This document shows, piece after piece, positions 39,433 through 49,490 of a stretch of 64,000 bases of DNA. The stretch spans positions 640,001 to 704,000 of the forward strand of contig OZ244905.1 of NCBI GenBank assembly GCA_965221695.1. Direction: 5' to 3'. Numbering within the stretch: position 1 is the stretch's first letter; each line of letters opens with the position of its first letter. This DNA is from Gammaproteobacteria bacterium. GTDB lineage: Bacteria > Pseudomonadota > Gammaproteobacteria > Eutrophobiales > Eutrophobiaceae. Position numbers and translations under genes: made by a program. Under the pieces are notes generated by a model. That model had not been told where the DNA came from. It saw only the letters and a list, made by a program, of their open reading frames with translations, and searched no databases.

Positions 39433-39479
39433 CTAGTACTCTTTCAACTTGATTTTGACATGGCCAGGTTCGAGGCAAG
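39433..39479 (+). mobile_element. Orphan end of the 269-bp MITE
   Basis: CTAGTACTCTTTCAACTTGATTTTGACATG, one mismatch to the TIR. Confidence 0.8.
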
Positions 39480-39574
39480 TCCGGATTGAAATAGTTGGAT
39501 CGAACTACAGTGTGTGTGGACACAAAAGTTGTATATAATTTCTGCTCATAACCGGTCTTGAATCGGAAATAACC

Positions 39575-39976
39575 ATGAACTGGCAAAAACACGACTACGA
39601 CGACATCCCCGGCACTTACGTGTTCAACGGCGAGACTGCGCATGCGGCTTATGGTCTTAACAAGCTGCTGTTCTCCTTTAACCGGGAAGAGAACCGCAAG
39701 GACTTTGCCGCCGACCCGGGCGCGTACGCGGACAGCTTCAACCTGAGCGCGGAACAGAAGCAAGCCCTGCTGGATGATGACTACCTGGAACTGATCCGTC
39801 TGGGCGCAAACATTTATTACGTCGCCAAACTCGCGGTCCCGCGCGGGCTGACCATGCAGGATACCAGCGCTGCGTTCAAGGGCATCAGCACGGAACAGTT
39901 CAAGGCCTCGCTGGAGGCCTGGGGAGATGGCCTATCTCAACGGCTGGAGCAGGAAGGAGGGTTCTGGAATGGCTAA
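39575..39976 (+). CDS. ligA: Protocatechuate/gallate 4,5-dioxygenase alpha subunit
   Basis: IPGTYVF...YGLNK...ENRKDFAADP...GANIYYVAKL. Confidence 0.85.
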   Translation: MNWQKHDYDDIPGTYVFNGETAHAAYGLNKLLFSFNREENRKDFAADPGAYADSFNLSAEQKQALLDDDYLELIRLGANIYYVAKLAVPRGLTMQDTSAAFKGISTEQFKASLEAWGDGLSQRLEQEGGFWNG

Positions 39977-40811
39977 AATCGTCGGCGGCGTAACCACCTC
40001 ACATATCCCGGCCATTGGCAATGCAATGACCAACAGGCTGGAGCAGACGCCTTACTGGAAACGCTTCTTCGACGGCTATGAACCCGTGAAGGAGTGGCTG
40101 GCTGACGTGGCTCCGGATATTGCGATTGTCGTCTATAACGATCATGGGCTGAATTTCTTCCTGGACAAAATGCCCACGATGGCCCTGGGTTGCGCGGATC
40201 GTTACGAAAACGCAGATGAAGGCTGGGGGCTGCAAACCCTGGCCACGTTCACCGGGGATGCGGCGTTTTCCTGGCACCTTGCCGAGTCCCTTATCGGGCA
40301 GGAATTCGACCTGACCACTTGCCAGGAAATGTACGTGGATCATGGCTTTATCGTGCCCATGGCGCTGATGTGGCGGCACCTGCCCGAGTGGCCGGTGAAA
40401 GGGATACCGCTGGCCATCAACACGATACAACACCCTATTCCCAGCGCCCGCCGCTTGTACAAGCTCGGACGCGCCTTACGCAAGGCCATCGACTCCTACC
40501 CGGAGGACCTCAAGGTGGTTATCTTCGGTACCGGCGGCATGTCTCACCAGTTGCAGGGCGAGCGCGCCGGCATTATCGACGTGGAGTTCGACCTGAAGTG
40601 CATGGACAGCATGATATCCGACCCGGACTGGATGGCGGACCTGACCACCACGCAGATCATTGAAAAGGCCGGCACCGAAGGCGTGGAGGTAATCATGTGG
40701 ATGGTCATGCGCGGCGCGTTGAATCACGAGGTGAATGTTGTCCACAAACACTACCATGTGCCGGTCTCCAACACCGCCGCGGGCGTGCTGGTGCTGGAGG
40801 ATGCGGCCTGA
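39969..40811 (+). CDS. ligB: Protocatechuate/gallate 4,5-dioxygenase beta subunit
   Basis: [33 protein letters not shown] and [17 protein letters not shown]. Confidence 0.9.
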   Translation: MAKIVGGVTTSHIPAIGNAMTNRLEQTPYWKRFFDGYEPVKEWLADVAPDIAIVVYNDHGLNFFLDKMPTMALGCADRYENADEGWGLQTLATFTGDAAFSWHLAESLIGQEFDLTTCQEMYVDHGFIVPMALMWRHLPEWPVKGIPLAINTIQHPIPSARRLYKLGRALRKAIDSYPEDLKVVIFGTGGMSHQLQGERAGIIDVEFDLKCMDSMISDPDWMADLTTTQIIEKAGTEGVEVIMWMVMRGALNHEVNVVHKHYHVPVSNTAAGVLVLEDAA

Positions 40812-41494
40812 TGCCGGTGGTTGTAACGAATATTCAGCGAGCGCCGCGGGAACACGCTGCTGAATGCGCGGCGCTGGGCGTGGCCACGCTGCACGAGGCC
40901 CAGGGTCGCAAGGGCTTGTTTGCCCCGCGCCTGCGACCCATCTACCGGCCGGTAAGCGCTGCCGGAACGGCTATCACCTGCGAAGTGGCGCCGGGAGACA
41001 ACTGGATGATCCATGTCGCGGTGGAGCAATGCCAGCAAGGCGATATCCTGGTAGTGACCCCGTCCAGCCCTTGTTCGGACGGCTACTTCGGCGACCTGCT
41101 GGCCACCTCCCTGCAGGCGCAGGGCGTGGTGGGGTTGGTCATCGACGCCGGTGTGCGTGACGTTGCCACGCTCACCGAAATGCAATTCCCGGTCTGGTCC
41201 GCAGCAGTCTATGCGCAGGGCACGGTGAAAGAGACCTTGGGGAATGTGAATACGCCCATCACCTGCGCCGGCGCCCGGGTCAGTCCCGGCGATATGATCG
41301 TCGCCGATGACGATGGCGTTGTGGTCATTGCAAAAGATGAACTTGCCGGCGCACTGGAACAGGCCAGAAAACGGGTTGCAAACGAAGAGCAAAAACGTAA
41401 ACGCCTGGCCGCCGGCGAACTGGGCCTGGATATGTACGACATGCGCGCGCGCCTGGCTGAAAAAGGACTCAAATACGTAGAGACGGAGGACTGA
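40811..41494 (+). CDS. ligK: 4-carboxy-4-hydroxy-2-oxoadipate aldolase
   Basis: [33 protein letters not shown] and [11 protein letters not shown]; TGATG coupling to ligB. Confidence 0.92.
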   Translation: MPVVVTNIQRAPREHAAECAALGVATLHEAQGRKGLFAPRLRPIYRPVSAAGTAITCEVAPGDNWMIHVAVEQCQQGDILVVTPSSPCSDGYFGDLLATSLQAQGVVGLVIDAGVRDVATLTEMQFPVWSAAVYAQGTVKETLGNVNTPITCAGARVSPGDMIVADDDGVVVIAKDELAGALEQARKRVANEEQKRKRLAAGELGLDMYDMRARLAEKGLKYVETED

Positions 41495-41559
41495 CTTGAC
41501 GCCGGCAAGCCGAACAGGGACAGTTTCCAATCCGTCACCGGCAAACGAGGAATAGCCAG

Positions 41560-42648
41560 GTGCAACAGGCAATCCCCACGGTGGTGATGCGCGGCGGCAC
41601 CTCGAAAGGACTTTATTTCAACGCCGAAGACCTGCCGCAGGACCCACAACAAAGAGACCAATTACTGCTCGCCGCAATGGGCTCGCCGGATGCGCGCCAG
41701 ATAGACGGCATGGGCGGCGCCCATCCACTGACCAGCAAGGTCGCAGTCGTCTCGCCTTCGATGCAATCAGACGCCGATGTGGACTACCTGTTCTTACAGG
41801 TGCTGGTAGATCGGGCCGAAGTCAGCGACGGCCAGAATTGCGGCAACATCCTCGCCGGAGTCGGGCAGTTTGCCATCGAGAACGGCATGGTTAACGCCTC
41901 CGGCCAGGAAACCCAAGTGCGCATCCGCATGCTGAATTCCGGCGGCATCGCAGTGGCCACGATACAAACTCCGGGGGGCGTGGTCAGCTATGCCGGCGAT
42001 GCGAATATAGACGGTGTGCCGGGCAGCGCGGCGCCGGTGATGCTGGATTTCGCCGATGTCGCCGGCGGCGATTGCGGCGCGCTGCTGCCTACCGGCAACA
42101 CAACGGACACTATCAACGGCGTTGCCGTCACCTGCATCGATAACGGTATGCCGGTGGTCGCGCTGCGCGCCACGGATGTGGGTAAAACCGGCTACGAAAC
42201 CGTTGCCGAGTTGGAAGACGATGCAGCGCTCAAACAAACCATAGAGGCGATCCGCCTACAGGCCGGACCACTGATGAACCTGGGAGATGTGGCGAACCGC
42301 ACCGTCCCGAAGATGTGTCTGCTGGCGCCGCCGCAATCGGGCGGCGTGATCAGTACCCGCACCTTCATCCCCCACCGGGTGCACCAGGCTATCGGTGTGC
42401 TGGGCGCGGCCAGTGTCGCGGCGGTCTGCCGTGTCGAAGGTTCCGTGGCTGCCGCGCTACTCAAGGATAAACCCTGCGCCGGCCCGGCTCATATGGTCAT
42501 TGAACACCCGACCGGTTCGTTCACGGTCGAGGTCGATATCGTTCGGGAAGGAGGCGCCTACACGGTAAAACGTTCGGCGCTACTGCGCACCGCCAGGAAA
42601 TTGATGCAGGGCGCGGTATATGTACCGGACAATTTAAAATCCGGTTAA
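41560..42648 (+). CDS. ligU: 4-oxalomesaconate tautomerase (LigU/GalD/FldA)
   Basis: MRGGTSKG, GSPDARQIDGMGGAHPLTSK, QNCGN, DNGMP and LRTARKL. Confidence 0.9.
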   Translation: MQQAIPTVVMRGGTSKGLYFNAEDLPQDPQQRDQLLLAAMGSPDARQIDGMGGAHPLTSKVAVVSPSMQSDADVDYLFLQVLVDRAEVSDGQNCGNILAGVGQFAIENGMVNASGQETQVRIRMLNSGGIAVATIQTPGGVVSYAGDANIDGVPGSAAPVMLDFADVAGGDCGALLPTGNTTDTINGVAVTCIDNGMPVVALRATDVGKTGYETVAELEDDAALKQTIEAIRLQAGPLMNLGDVANRTVPKMCLLAPPQSGGVISTRTFIPHRVHQAIGVLGAASVAAVCRVEGSVAAALLKDKPCAGPAHMVIEHPTGSFTVEVDIVREGGAYTVKRSALLRTARKLMQGAVYVPDNLKSG

Positions 42649-42681
42649 TATTGTGCCATCCTGCGGACGACTCTTGGTCTA

Positions 42682-42710
42682 CCGGATTCCCGCTTGGGCG
42701 GGAATGGTAC
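42682..42710. repeat. REP-like palindrome inside the lig operon
   Basis: CCGGATTCCCGCTTGGGCGGGAATGGTAC. Confidence 0.65.
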
Positions 42711-42741
42711 GGGCAGAGACTGGTTACAAAATAACAGAACA

Positions 42742-43767
42742 ATGATAATTATAGATTGTCACGGCCATTACACCACCGCGCCGGAGCCTTTGCAGGCATT
42801 CCGCCGTGAGCAACTGGCGCGCTTTGCCGACCCTACGCTGCCCGACCCCCTGGCGCCGGTAATCAGCGACGACCAGATACGTGAGAGTATCGAAACCAAC
42901 CAGCTCCGGTTGCTGCGTGAACGGGGCGCAGACCTGACCATCTTCTCGCCCCGAGCCTCTGCGATGGCTCACCACCAGGGGGATGCCGAGGTCTCCCGGG
43001 TCTGGAGCCGGCTCTGCAACGACTTGATCGCGCGGGTGGTGGAACTGTTCCCGGACAACTTCATCGGCGTATGCCAGTTACCCCAGTCACCGGGCGTGCC
43101 CATCTCGGATTCGATCTCGGAGTTGGAACGCTGCGTTAATGAACTGGGTTTCATCGGCTGCAACCTGAATCCCGATCCTTCAGGCGGACACTGGACATCC
43201 AGGCCACTGACGGACCGCGAATGGTATCCGTTCTACGAGAAAATGGTGGAACTGGATGTGCCCGCGATGATTCATGTATCCGGTTCCTGCAACGATAATT
43301 TCCACGCCACCGGCGCTCACTATATCAACGCCGACACCACTGCATTCATGCAATGCATCCAGGGAGACCTGTTCGCCGACTTCCCCGACCTGCGTTTCAT
43401 CATCCCCCATGGCGGCGGCGCCGTACCGTACCACTGGGGCCGTTATCGCGGGCTCGCTGACATGCTGAAAAAGCCGAGGCTGGACACGCATGTGATGAAC
43501 AACATTTATTTCGATACCTGCGTCTACCACCAGCCGGGGATAAATCTCCTGTTTGAAGTCATTAATATCGACAACATCCTGTTCGGTTCTGAGATGGTGG
43601 GCGCGGTGCGCGGCAAAGACCCGCAGACAGGGCGCTATTTCGATGACACCAAGCGTTATATCGATGCCCTGGACCTGGATGAGACGGCCAGACATAAGGT
43701 TTTTGAACTGAACGCCCGCCGGGTCTACCCGCGGCTGGACCTGGCATTGAAAGCGATGGGAAAATAA
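42742..43767 (+). CDS. ligJ: 4-oxalomesaconate hydratase
   Basis: IIDCHGHYTT, FSPRASAMAHH, NLNPDPSGG, PHGGGAVPYHWGR and SEMVGAVRG. Confidence 0.93.
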   Translation: MIIIDCHGHYTTAPEPLQAFRREQLARFADPTLPDPLAPVISDDQIRESIETNQLRLLRERGADLTIFSPRASAMAHHQGDAEVSRVWSRLCNDLIARVVELFPDNFIGVCQLPQSPGVPISDSISELERCVNELGFIGCNLNPDPSGGHWTSRPLTDREWYPFYEKMVELDVPAMIHVSGSCNDNFHATGAHYINADTTAFMQCIQGDLFADFPDLRFIIPHGGGAVPYHWGRYRGLADMLKKPRLDTHVMNNIYFDTCVYHQPGINLLFEVINIDNILFGSEMVGAVRGKDPQTGRYFDDTKRYIDALDLDETARHKVFELNARRVYPRLDLALKAMGK

Positions 43768-43866
43768 AGATGGGCAGGATCATCAGGGGCACCTTGCAAT
43801 GCTCGACCCGGTACGCGGGAAAACTTCTGTCCCGGAAGAACCCCCTGTAATGGAGGCCTGTTGATA

Positions 43867-44751
43867 ATGGACAAAGATTGGCTGGAATTCCACCCGTATC
43901 CGTCCATTCCCGAATTCATCGTGCCCGAAGGCGCGGTCGATGCGCATTGCCACGTGTTCGGCCCCGGCCACCTGTTCCCCTATGCCCCGCAACGCAAATA
44001 CACGCCCTGCGATGCGCCCAAGGAGAAACTCTGGGCGCTGCGGTCGCACCTCGGCTTTTCCCGCAATGTCATCGTGCAGGCTGCTTGCCACGGCGCCGAT
44101 AACCGCGCCATGGTAGATGCGCTGCGCCACGCTGACGGCAGCGCCCGGGGCGTTGCCGTGGTTACACCCGATATCGAAGCAGAAAAATTACGGGAGATGG
44201 ATGCGGCAGGAGTGCGCGCGGTGCGTTTCAATTTTCTCAAGCGTCTGGTCGACGCCCTGCCCCGTGACGACCTGCGACGGCTGGCGGAAAAAATCGCCGC
44301 GCTGGGTTGGCATATCGTCATCTATTTCGAAGCCGATGACCTGCCTGAACTGTATGACTTCTTCACGTCCCTGCCCACCATCGTCGTGGTGGATCACATG
44401 GGCAGACCTGATGTCAGCAAGGACCCTGATGGTCAAGAGTTCCAATTGTTTCTGCAACTGTTGCGGGAGAACGGGAATTTCTGGTCCAAGGTCAGTTGCC
44501 CCGAACGGCTATCCGCAAGCGGCCCGCCCGGTTATGACGATGTGGTCCCGTTTGCCCGGCGCGTGGTCGAGGCCTTCCCGGAACGCGTACTCTGGGGCAC
44601 CGACTGGCCCCATCCCAACATGAAGTCCCACATGCCCGACGACGGTAAACTGGTGGATTTCATCCCCAGGGTCGCAGCAACGGCCGAATTACAAAAAAAA
44701 CTGCTGGTGGAGAACCCGCTCAGGCTCTACTGGCCTGAGATCAGGAAATAG
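43867..44751 (+). CDS. ligI: 2-pyrone-4,6-dicarboxylate lactonase
   Basis: DAHCHVFGP, RKYTPCDA, RFNF, DHMG and WGTDWPHPN. Confidence 0.93.
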   Translation: MDKDWLEFHPYPSIPEFIVPEGAVDAHCHVFGPGHLFPYAPQRKYTPCDAPKEKLWALRSHLGFSRNVIVQAACHGADNRAMVDALRHADGSARGVAVVTPDIEAEKLREMDAAGVRAVRFNFLKRLVDALPRDDLRRLAEKIAALGWHIVIYFEADDLPELYDFFTSLPTIVVVDHMGRPDVSKDPDGQEFQLFLQLLRENGNFWSKVSCPERLSASGPPGYDDVVPFARRVVEAFPERVLWGTDWPHPNMKSHMPDDGKLVDFIPRVAATAELQKKLLVENPLRLYWPEIRK

Positions 44752-44859
44752 AGATTGACAACGCGCAAAGATGTAAATAAACCCTCATGATCAAGGTTCT
44801 GCACAAGTATGTAACTGTTGGGAATAGTATGGGGGATGGTTTCGTGAGCCCCACCACAG

Positions 44860-44918
44860 TACCACTCCCGCGAAAGCGGGAGTCCAGTCAAATACGCTGC
44901 CGCCCAGAGGGCGGCCCT
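44860..44918. repeat. REP-like composite palindrome
   Basis: TACCACTCCCGCGAAAGCGGGAGTCCAGT plus a GCCGCCC-aga-GGGCGGC hairpin. Confidence 0.75.
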
Positions 44919-44951
44919 ATATAATAAGCAATTCCATTAAGGAGAAAACCA

Positions 44952-45896
44952 ATGAAAGTGATACTTGCAGGTGTCGGCGCATTCGGCATCAAGCATCTGA
45001 ACGGCATCAGGAATATCGACGGCGTTCAAGTCGTTGCCCTGGTGGGGCGCAGGCTCGACCATACACAGGAAAAAGCGCAGGAGTTCGGCGTCGCGCACGC
45101 GTTTACCGAGTTGGCGGATGCCCTGGCCCTGCCGGATGTGGATGCAGCCATCCTCTGCACCCCGACACAGATGCACGCGGCCCAGGCATTGCAGTGTATG
45201 CACGCAGGGAAACATGTGCAGATAGAGATCCCGCTGGCGGATTCGTATGCCGATGCCCTGGCGGTGGATCAGGCACAGAAGGAAACCGGCCTGGTGTGCA
45301 TGGTAGGCCACACGCGCCGTTTCAACCCTTCGCACCAGTGGATAAACCAGCGAGTGCGAAGCGGCGAGCTGCAAATCCAGCAGATGGATGTGCAGACCTA
45401 TTTCTTCCGCCGCCGGAACATCAATGCCGAAGGTCAGCCCCGCTCCTGGACCGACCACCTGCTCTGGCACCATGCCGCGCATACCGTGGACCTGTTCCAG
45501 TACCAGACCGGCGAAAACATCGTCCAGGTGAACGGCATGGAGGGGCCGCATCACCCTGAGCTTGACATCGCGATGGACATGTCCATCCAGATGAAAACCG
45601 CGAGCGGCGCAATCTGCACCCTGTCCCTGTCCTTCAATAACGACGGTCCGCTGGGCACGTTCTTCCGTTACATCTGCGACAACGGCACGTACCTCGCCCG
45701 CTATGACGACCTGGTGACCGGCCGGGACGAACCCATAGATGTCTCCGGGGTGGATGTGTCCATGAACGGCATCGAACTGCAGGACCGGGAGTTTTTTGCG
45801 GCAATACAAGAAGGCAGGGAACCGAACTCATCGGTCGCCCAGACGCTGGAATGCTACCGGGTCCTGGACGAAGTCGAACAACAATTCGGAAAATAA
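44952..45896 (+). CDS. ligC: 4-carboxy-2-hydroxymuconate-6-semialdehyde dehydrogenase
   Basis: GAFGIKHL, TPTQMHA, GHTRRFNPSHQ, RSWTDHLLWHHAAH and NGIELQDREF. Confidence 0.93.
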   Translation: MKVILAGVGAFGIKHLNGIRNIDGVQVVALVGRRLDHTQEKAQEFGVAHAFTELADALALPDVDAAILCTPTQMHAAQALQCMHAGKHVQIEIPLADSYADALAVDQAQKETGLVCMVGHTRRFNPSHQWINQRVRSGELQIQQMDVQTYFFRRRNINAEGQPRSWTDHLLWHHAAHTVDLFQYQTGENIVQVNGMEGPHHPELDIAMDMSIQMKTASGAICTLSLSFNNDGPLGTFFRYICDNGTYLARYDDLVTGRDEPIDVSGVDVSMNGIELQDREFFAAIQEGREPNSSVAQTLECYRVLDEVEQQFGK

Positions 45897-45900
45897 CACC

Positions 45901-46914
45901 ATGTCCCGGACACTGCGAACGCTTGGAGATTTTTCGGTCCCACCACTGGGACTGGGCTGCATGAACCTGTCCCATGCCTACGGCACGCCACCGGCGCCGG
46001 AAACCGGCCGGTGCGTGTTGCAAAAGGCCCTGGACCTGGGCATTACCCATTTCGACAGCGCCGCGCTGTACGGCTTCGGGCGTAACGAGGAACTGGTGGG
46101 CCCGTTTCTGAAGCCTCACCGGGACCAGGTGTTCCTGGTAAGCAAGTGCGGCATGCGCGGCGAGAACGGCGCTCGCACCATCAATGGCCGTCCGGAAAAA
46201 CTGCGGCAGGACCTGGAGGACTCGTTGCGGCGCCTGCAAACGGACGTCATCGACCTGTACTACCTGCATCGTTTCGACAAGGTCACGCCTACCCCGATTG
46301 AAGACAGCGTAGGCATGCTGAGCCGGTTTGTCGAAGAAGGCAAGGTCAGGTATATCGGCCTGTCGGAGACCTCTGCACAGACCATCAGCAAAGCCCACGC
46401 GATACACCCGTTGGCGGCGGTGCAGTCGGAGTACTCGCTCTGGAGCCGCAATGTCGAGCTGGGCGTGCTGGACACTTGCGCACGTCTGGGCATAGCCTTT
46501 GTCGCCTTCTCTCCGCTGGCACGCGGTTTCCTGACTGCCACCGACCTGCACCCCGCGGCGTTTGCGGATAAGGATATACGGCGCAACATGCCGCGCTTCC
46601 AGGAACCTCATTTCAGCCACAACCGGCGCTGGCTGGCCCAATTCCGCGAGCTTGCCCGCGAGGCGGACTGCTCACCGGCCCAACTGGCCCTGGCCTGGGT
46701 ATTACACCAGGGCGAGCATGTGCACGTCATTCCAGGCACCACATCGCCGCAACACCTGGAAGAAAACATGGGCGCCCTGGACGTCAACGTCCCGTCGAAC
46801 TTGGCTGAGGCCCTGGATGCGTTGATCAACCCGGACACGGTTAGCGGCGCCCGCTACCCGGCCACAGTGCAAGCGGAGATCGATACGGAGTTGCTGCCGT
46901 CGGAGGCTGCGTGA
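45901..46914 (+). CDS. Aldo/keto reductase
   Basis: LGLGCM, FDSAALYG, DLYYLHR, GLSE, QSEYSLW and IPGT. Confidence 0.88.
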   Translation: MSRTLRTLGDFSVPPLGLGCMNLSHAYGTPPAPETGRCVLQKALDLGITHFDSAALYGFGRNEELVGPFLKPHRDQVFLVSKCGMRGENGARTINGRPEKLRQDLEDSLRRLQTDVIDLYYLHRFDKVTPTPIEDSVGMLSRFVEEGKVRYIGLSETSAQTISKAHAIHPLAAVQSEYSLWSRNVELGVLDTCARLGIAFVAFSPLARGFLTATDLHPAAFADKDIRRNMPRFQEPHFSHNRRWLAQFRELAREADCSPAQLALAWVLHQGEHVHVIPGTTSPQHLEENMGALDVNVPSNLAEALDALINPDTVSGARYPATVQAEIDTELLPSEAA

Positions 46915-47078
46915 ACGGACCAGATACTCAGCGTCGATTTCAAATCAAATTCCGTCTGGATTGAAGACATAGCGCAACCGCATATCGTTATCAGCCCTTA
47001 CGTACTGAATTTACAGGTCTTTTGCCAAATACATGGCATCGATAGGCCGACATCGCGCCGGAGTTGTAACAGGCCTCT

Positions 47079-47402
47079 TCAAACGCCCAGTAAACGTCTA
47101 CTCAACAATGTCTGCATATCTCTGCGGCCGTCGGCGATCAAATAAACATAGACTTTTTTGTCTTGAATGCGATAGACGATACGATAGGGTTTGAAGAAGA
47201 CTTCCCTGTATTCCTTGATCCCAAGCTTTAACAACTCGTCTGGATAGTTGCCACGCGCCGGCATTTCTGACAGGCTGAGAAAGACTTTCTCTATCTCACT
47301 GAGAACATACTCGGCTCTTTGCGGGGAGTCAGTAACGGCAATATAATCGTCTATTTCCTCAAGGTCTTGCAAAGCATGATCGGTCAAATAGACTTCATAC
47401 AT
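47079..47402 (-). CDS. RelE/ParE family toxin
   Basis: ALQDLEEIDDYI...YREVFFKPYRIVY...IADGRRD. Confidence 0.88.
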   Translation of the reverse strand: MYEVYLTDHALQDLEEIDDYIAVTDSPQRAEYVLSEIEKVFLSLSEMPARGNYPDELLKLGIKEYREVFFKPYRIVYRIQDKKVYVYLIADGRRDMQTLLSRRLLGV

Positions 47403-47682
47403 TGGCTAAACGTTGTTCACGTCGCCTGCGTATATGTTCAAGCGCAGAAACAGCGGGAGTGATATTTTCCTGTTCGATTTGACTATTGCCCAAAGCCAAT
47501 ATCTTCAGCATTGCCAGCGTCTCTTGATTCTCTTCAAAACTGTTGATGTCTTGCACCACGAGCCTAGCCTCACCGTTCTGAGTAATAATCAGCGGCTGTT
47601 TTTGCTCGTTTAATTGACGAACAATATCGGCTGTATGGGCCTTGAGATAACTGATGGGTTTAATTTGCAGTGATAATTTCAT
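47395..47682 (-). CDS. Phd/YefM family antitoxin
   Basis: IKPISYLKAH...PLIITQNGEARLVVQD; overlaps the toxin start. Confidence 0.88.
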   Translation of the reverse strand: MKLSLQIKPISYLKAHTADIVRQLNEQKQPLIITQNGEARLVVQDINSFEENQETLAMLKILALGNSQIEQENITPAVSALEHIRRRREQRLANV

Positions 47683-47715
47683 GACAAGCACTCTTGCACG
47701 AAATAATGCATGTTA

Positions 47716-47731
47716 AGACTGAATATAGTCT
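47716..47731. promoter_or_regulatory. Putative autoregulatory operator of the phd-parE operon
   Basis: AGACT-GAATAT-AGTCT palindrome about 35 bp upstream of the antitoxin ATG. Confidence 0.45.
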
Positions 47732-47844
47732 AAAAAAAGCTTTATGGCAAGCGCTTGTTCAACAGCGCTTGTTCAATAAATTGGGCTGGAATCCCCGCTG
47801 GGTTCAGCCATAATTACTTAAAACAGTAATACCATTCCAACGAG

Positions 47845-47931
47845 ATGTTGACAGTACTGACCCCGCGAGAACTCATGGAAATCGAGCAATACCTGTGGAT
47901 TGTTTTGGGGTTTGCCCCGTTAGATGATTAG
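47845..47931 (+). pseudogene. Possible 3' remnant of a MazF/PemK toxin
   Basis: My translation MLTVLTPRELMEIEQYLWIVLGFAPLDD* resembles the MazF C-terminal helix. Weak evidence. Confidence 0.3.
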
Positions 47932-48073
47932 CTTTGCCGCCTGGTTGGAGAACAGGTAAACTTCCGGTGGGGTTGAGATATTCACAGTACTGATGTCGGG
48001 GGAATGGACTTCAAATCCATCTGCGCTCCCAAGGGTATGATGACCGAGTTGAGTGTAAAAATGGCTTAGATAT

Positions 48074-48316
48074 ATGAGAACGACGATAGACATTAATGAT
48101 GAGTTACTGAAAGAAACCAAAGCATATGCATTCAGTGAACGCAAGACACTCAAAATGGTGGTGGAGCAGGCTTTGTGCTTGTTTCTCACATCATCGCCGG
48201 AACTGAAGAAAACTGCGGTCACGCCAATTCCAATATTCCGTGGTCAAGGCGTACAGCCTGGCGTGGACTTAACTGACAATGCAACGTTGGAGGAACTCAT
48301 GGATGCAAAGTGCTGA
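48074..48316 (+). CDS. VapB-like (ribbon-helix-helix) antitoxin
   Basis: MRTTIDINDELLKETK...GVQPGVDLTDNATLEELMD. Confidence 0.8.
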   Translation: MRTTIDINDELLKETKAYAFSERKTLKMVVEQALCLFLTSSPELKKTAVTPIPIFRGQGVQPGVDLTDNATLEELMDAKC

Positions 48317-48370
48317 TGCCATCATGCAGCTATAGCCTTGGAATACGGTTGTGAATAGGTCACTGATGGA
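48310..48370 (+). pseudogene. Internally deleted vapC
   Basis: GTG-CTG-ATG-CC (MLMP start) is fused directly to sequence reading (ADA)-HAAIALEYGCE*VT, the C-terminal PIN motif. Confidence 0.65.
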
Positions 48371-48420
48371 ATAACTGAACAAAAATGATCTTTGTTCAAA
48401 ATATTGAAGCGCGTATTAAG

Positions 48421-49455
48421 CTAACCACTCTCAGTTGGTCTGCTGAGCATTGGGCGGCAATTCCGCCTCATTATATGTATGAGATCCTCCACTCGATTGC
48501 TAACTCGCTCACCCTCTTTCGAAAAGCTGAGAAGCAAAACAGGAGGTTTATTTCCCTCTCGTTGTACCATTAATCTTCCGAGTAACCGAGCTGCTTCTTG
48601 GTTATTCGTAAATTTCATCCTCAGACAATGACGAATCCCTGTCGCTATCAGGTCGGCGACCTGGACACCCTGATTTGCCATCGAATCCACAAAATTGAAG
48701 TCTTCATGTATCAACTGTCCGATGTTTAGCGGTGGTCCCCTATCTCCAATATCAATTCCATAGGCTGTTTTGAGGTATGTCGGAGTTTCTCCTTCAGGAT
48801 AGTCGAAACGCTGAAAAGCGCTGTAGTCTTCACCTTCCAAGATCGGAATTGGCTCTCTAAGTGAAAAGCTCTGCAACAATGCCGGAGTTAGCATTTCGAA
48901 CGTTTTCTCGTACTCGGTTCTAGTTAAGTTCTTCTGGTCAATCCTCCAGCGAAATTTTCCAAGTGATTTAGGAAATCGTTGTACAAAGTAGAGAACGCCA
49001 TCTCTTACAATCATCGATATCAGATTGATTTGACACTGCAATTGTACGTAAAGCTGTGGCGAAAGGTTCCTTACTTTGTCAGAGAGTATTTCCACTGCAC
49101 GGCGGCCATTCTCATAGAGCATTACATTTTTATGCTTTGTGATAGCTGCGCATTGATTTTCTTGATGAGTCAATACATCGGAGACTCGATTCGAACCTGC
49201 ATCGGTAGCGACTGAGAAAAGAACACCATTCAGTTTGCCGAGGCCTCCTAAAAAAATGAAATAGTCCTTCTCACGAACATGCCTTAGCTTTATCTCACTA
49301 TTTCGCGAAACACCCGTGGCCTGCTTCAAACGCGTTAAGATCTCCTGCATTCTTCTTCGATCAGATTCTGGCGTTACATACGCCACAATACAGTTCCAAG
49401 AGTCACACCTTGGAGAGATTACGAAACTTCCTGATTCATCAAGAAAGATGTTCAC
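48421..49455 (-). CDS. DUF3800 family protein (ORF open to 49494)
   Basis: N-terminal IFLDESG, EIK and C-terminal DS...GVQVADLIA motifs; AT-rich. Confidence 0.8.
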   Translation of the reverse strand: MNIFLDESGSFVISPRCDSWNCIVAYVTPESDRRRMQEILTRLKQATGVSRNSEIKLRHVREKDYFIFLGGLGKLNGVLFSVATDAGSNRVSDVLTHQENQCAAITKHKNVMLYENGRRAVEILSDKVRNLSPQLYVQLQCQINLISMIVRDGVLYFVQRFPKSLGKFRWRIDQKNLTRTEYEKTFEMLTPALLQSFSLREPIPILEGEDYSAFQRFDYPEGETPTYLKTAYGIDIGDRGPPLNIGQLIHEDFNFVDSMANQGVQVADLIATGIRHCLRMKFTNNQEAARLLGRLMVQREGNKPPVLLLSFSKEGERVSNRVEDLIHIMRRNCRPMLSRPTESG

Positions 49456-49490
49456 GCATCTGGTGCAATAATCTAGATAGCAGGCTTTGC

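Noticed and set aside
47750-47776. Tandem 13-bp duplication AGCGCTTGTTCAA
   Set aside because: Only two copies; probably a slippage or insertion scar with no further support.
47920-48222. 100-aa minus-strand ORF
   Set aside because: It overlaps the vapB-like gene in antisense and has no recognisable family; at most a gene fragment.
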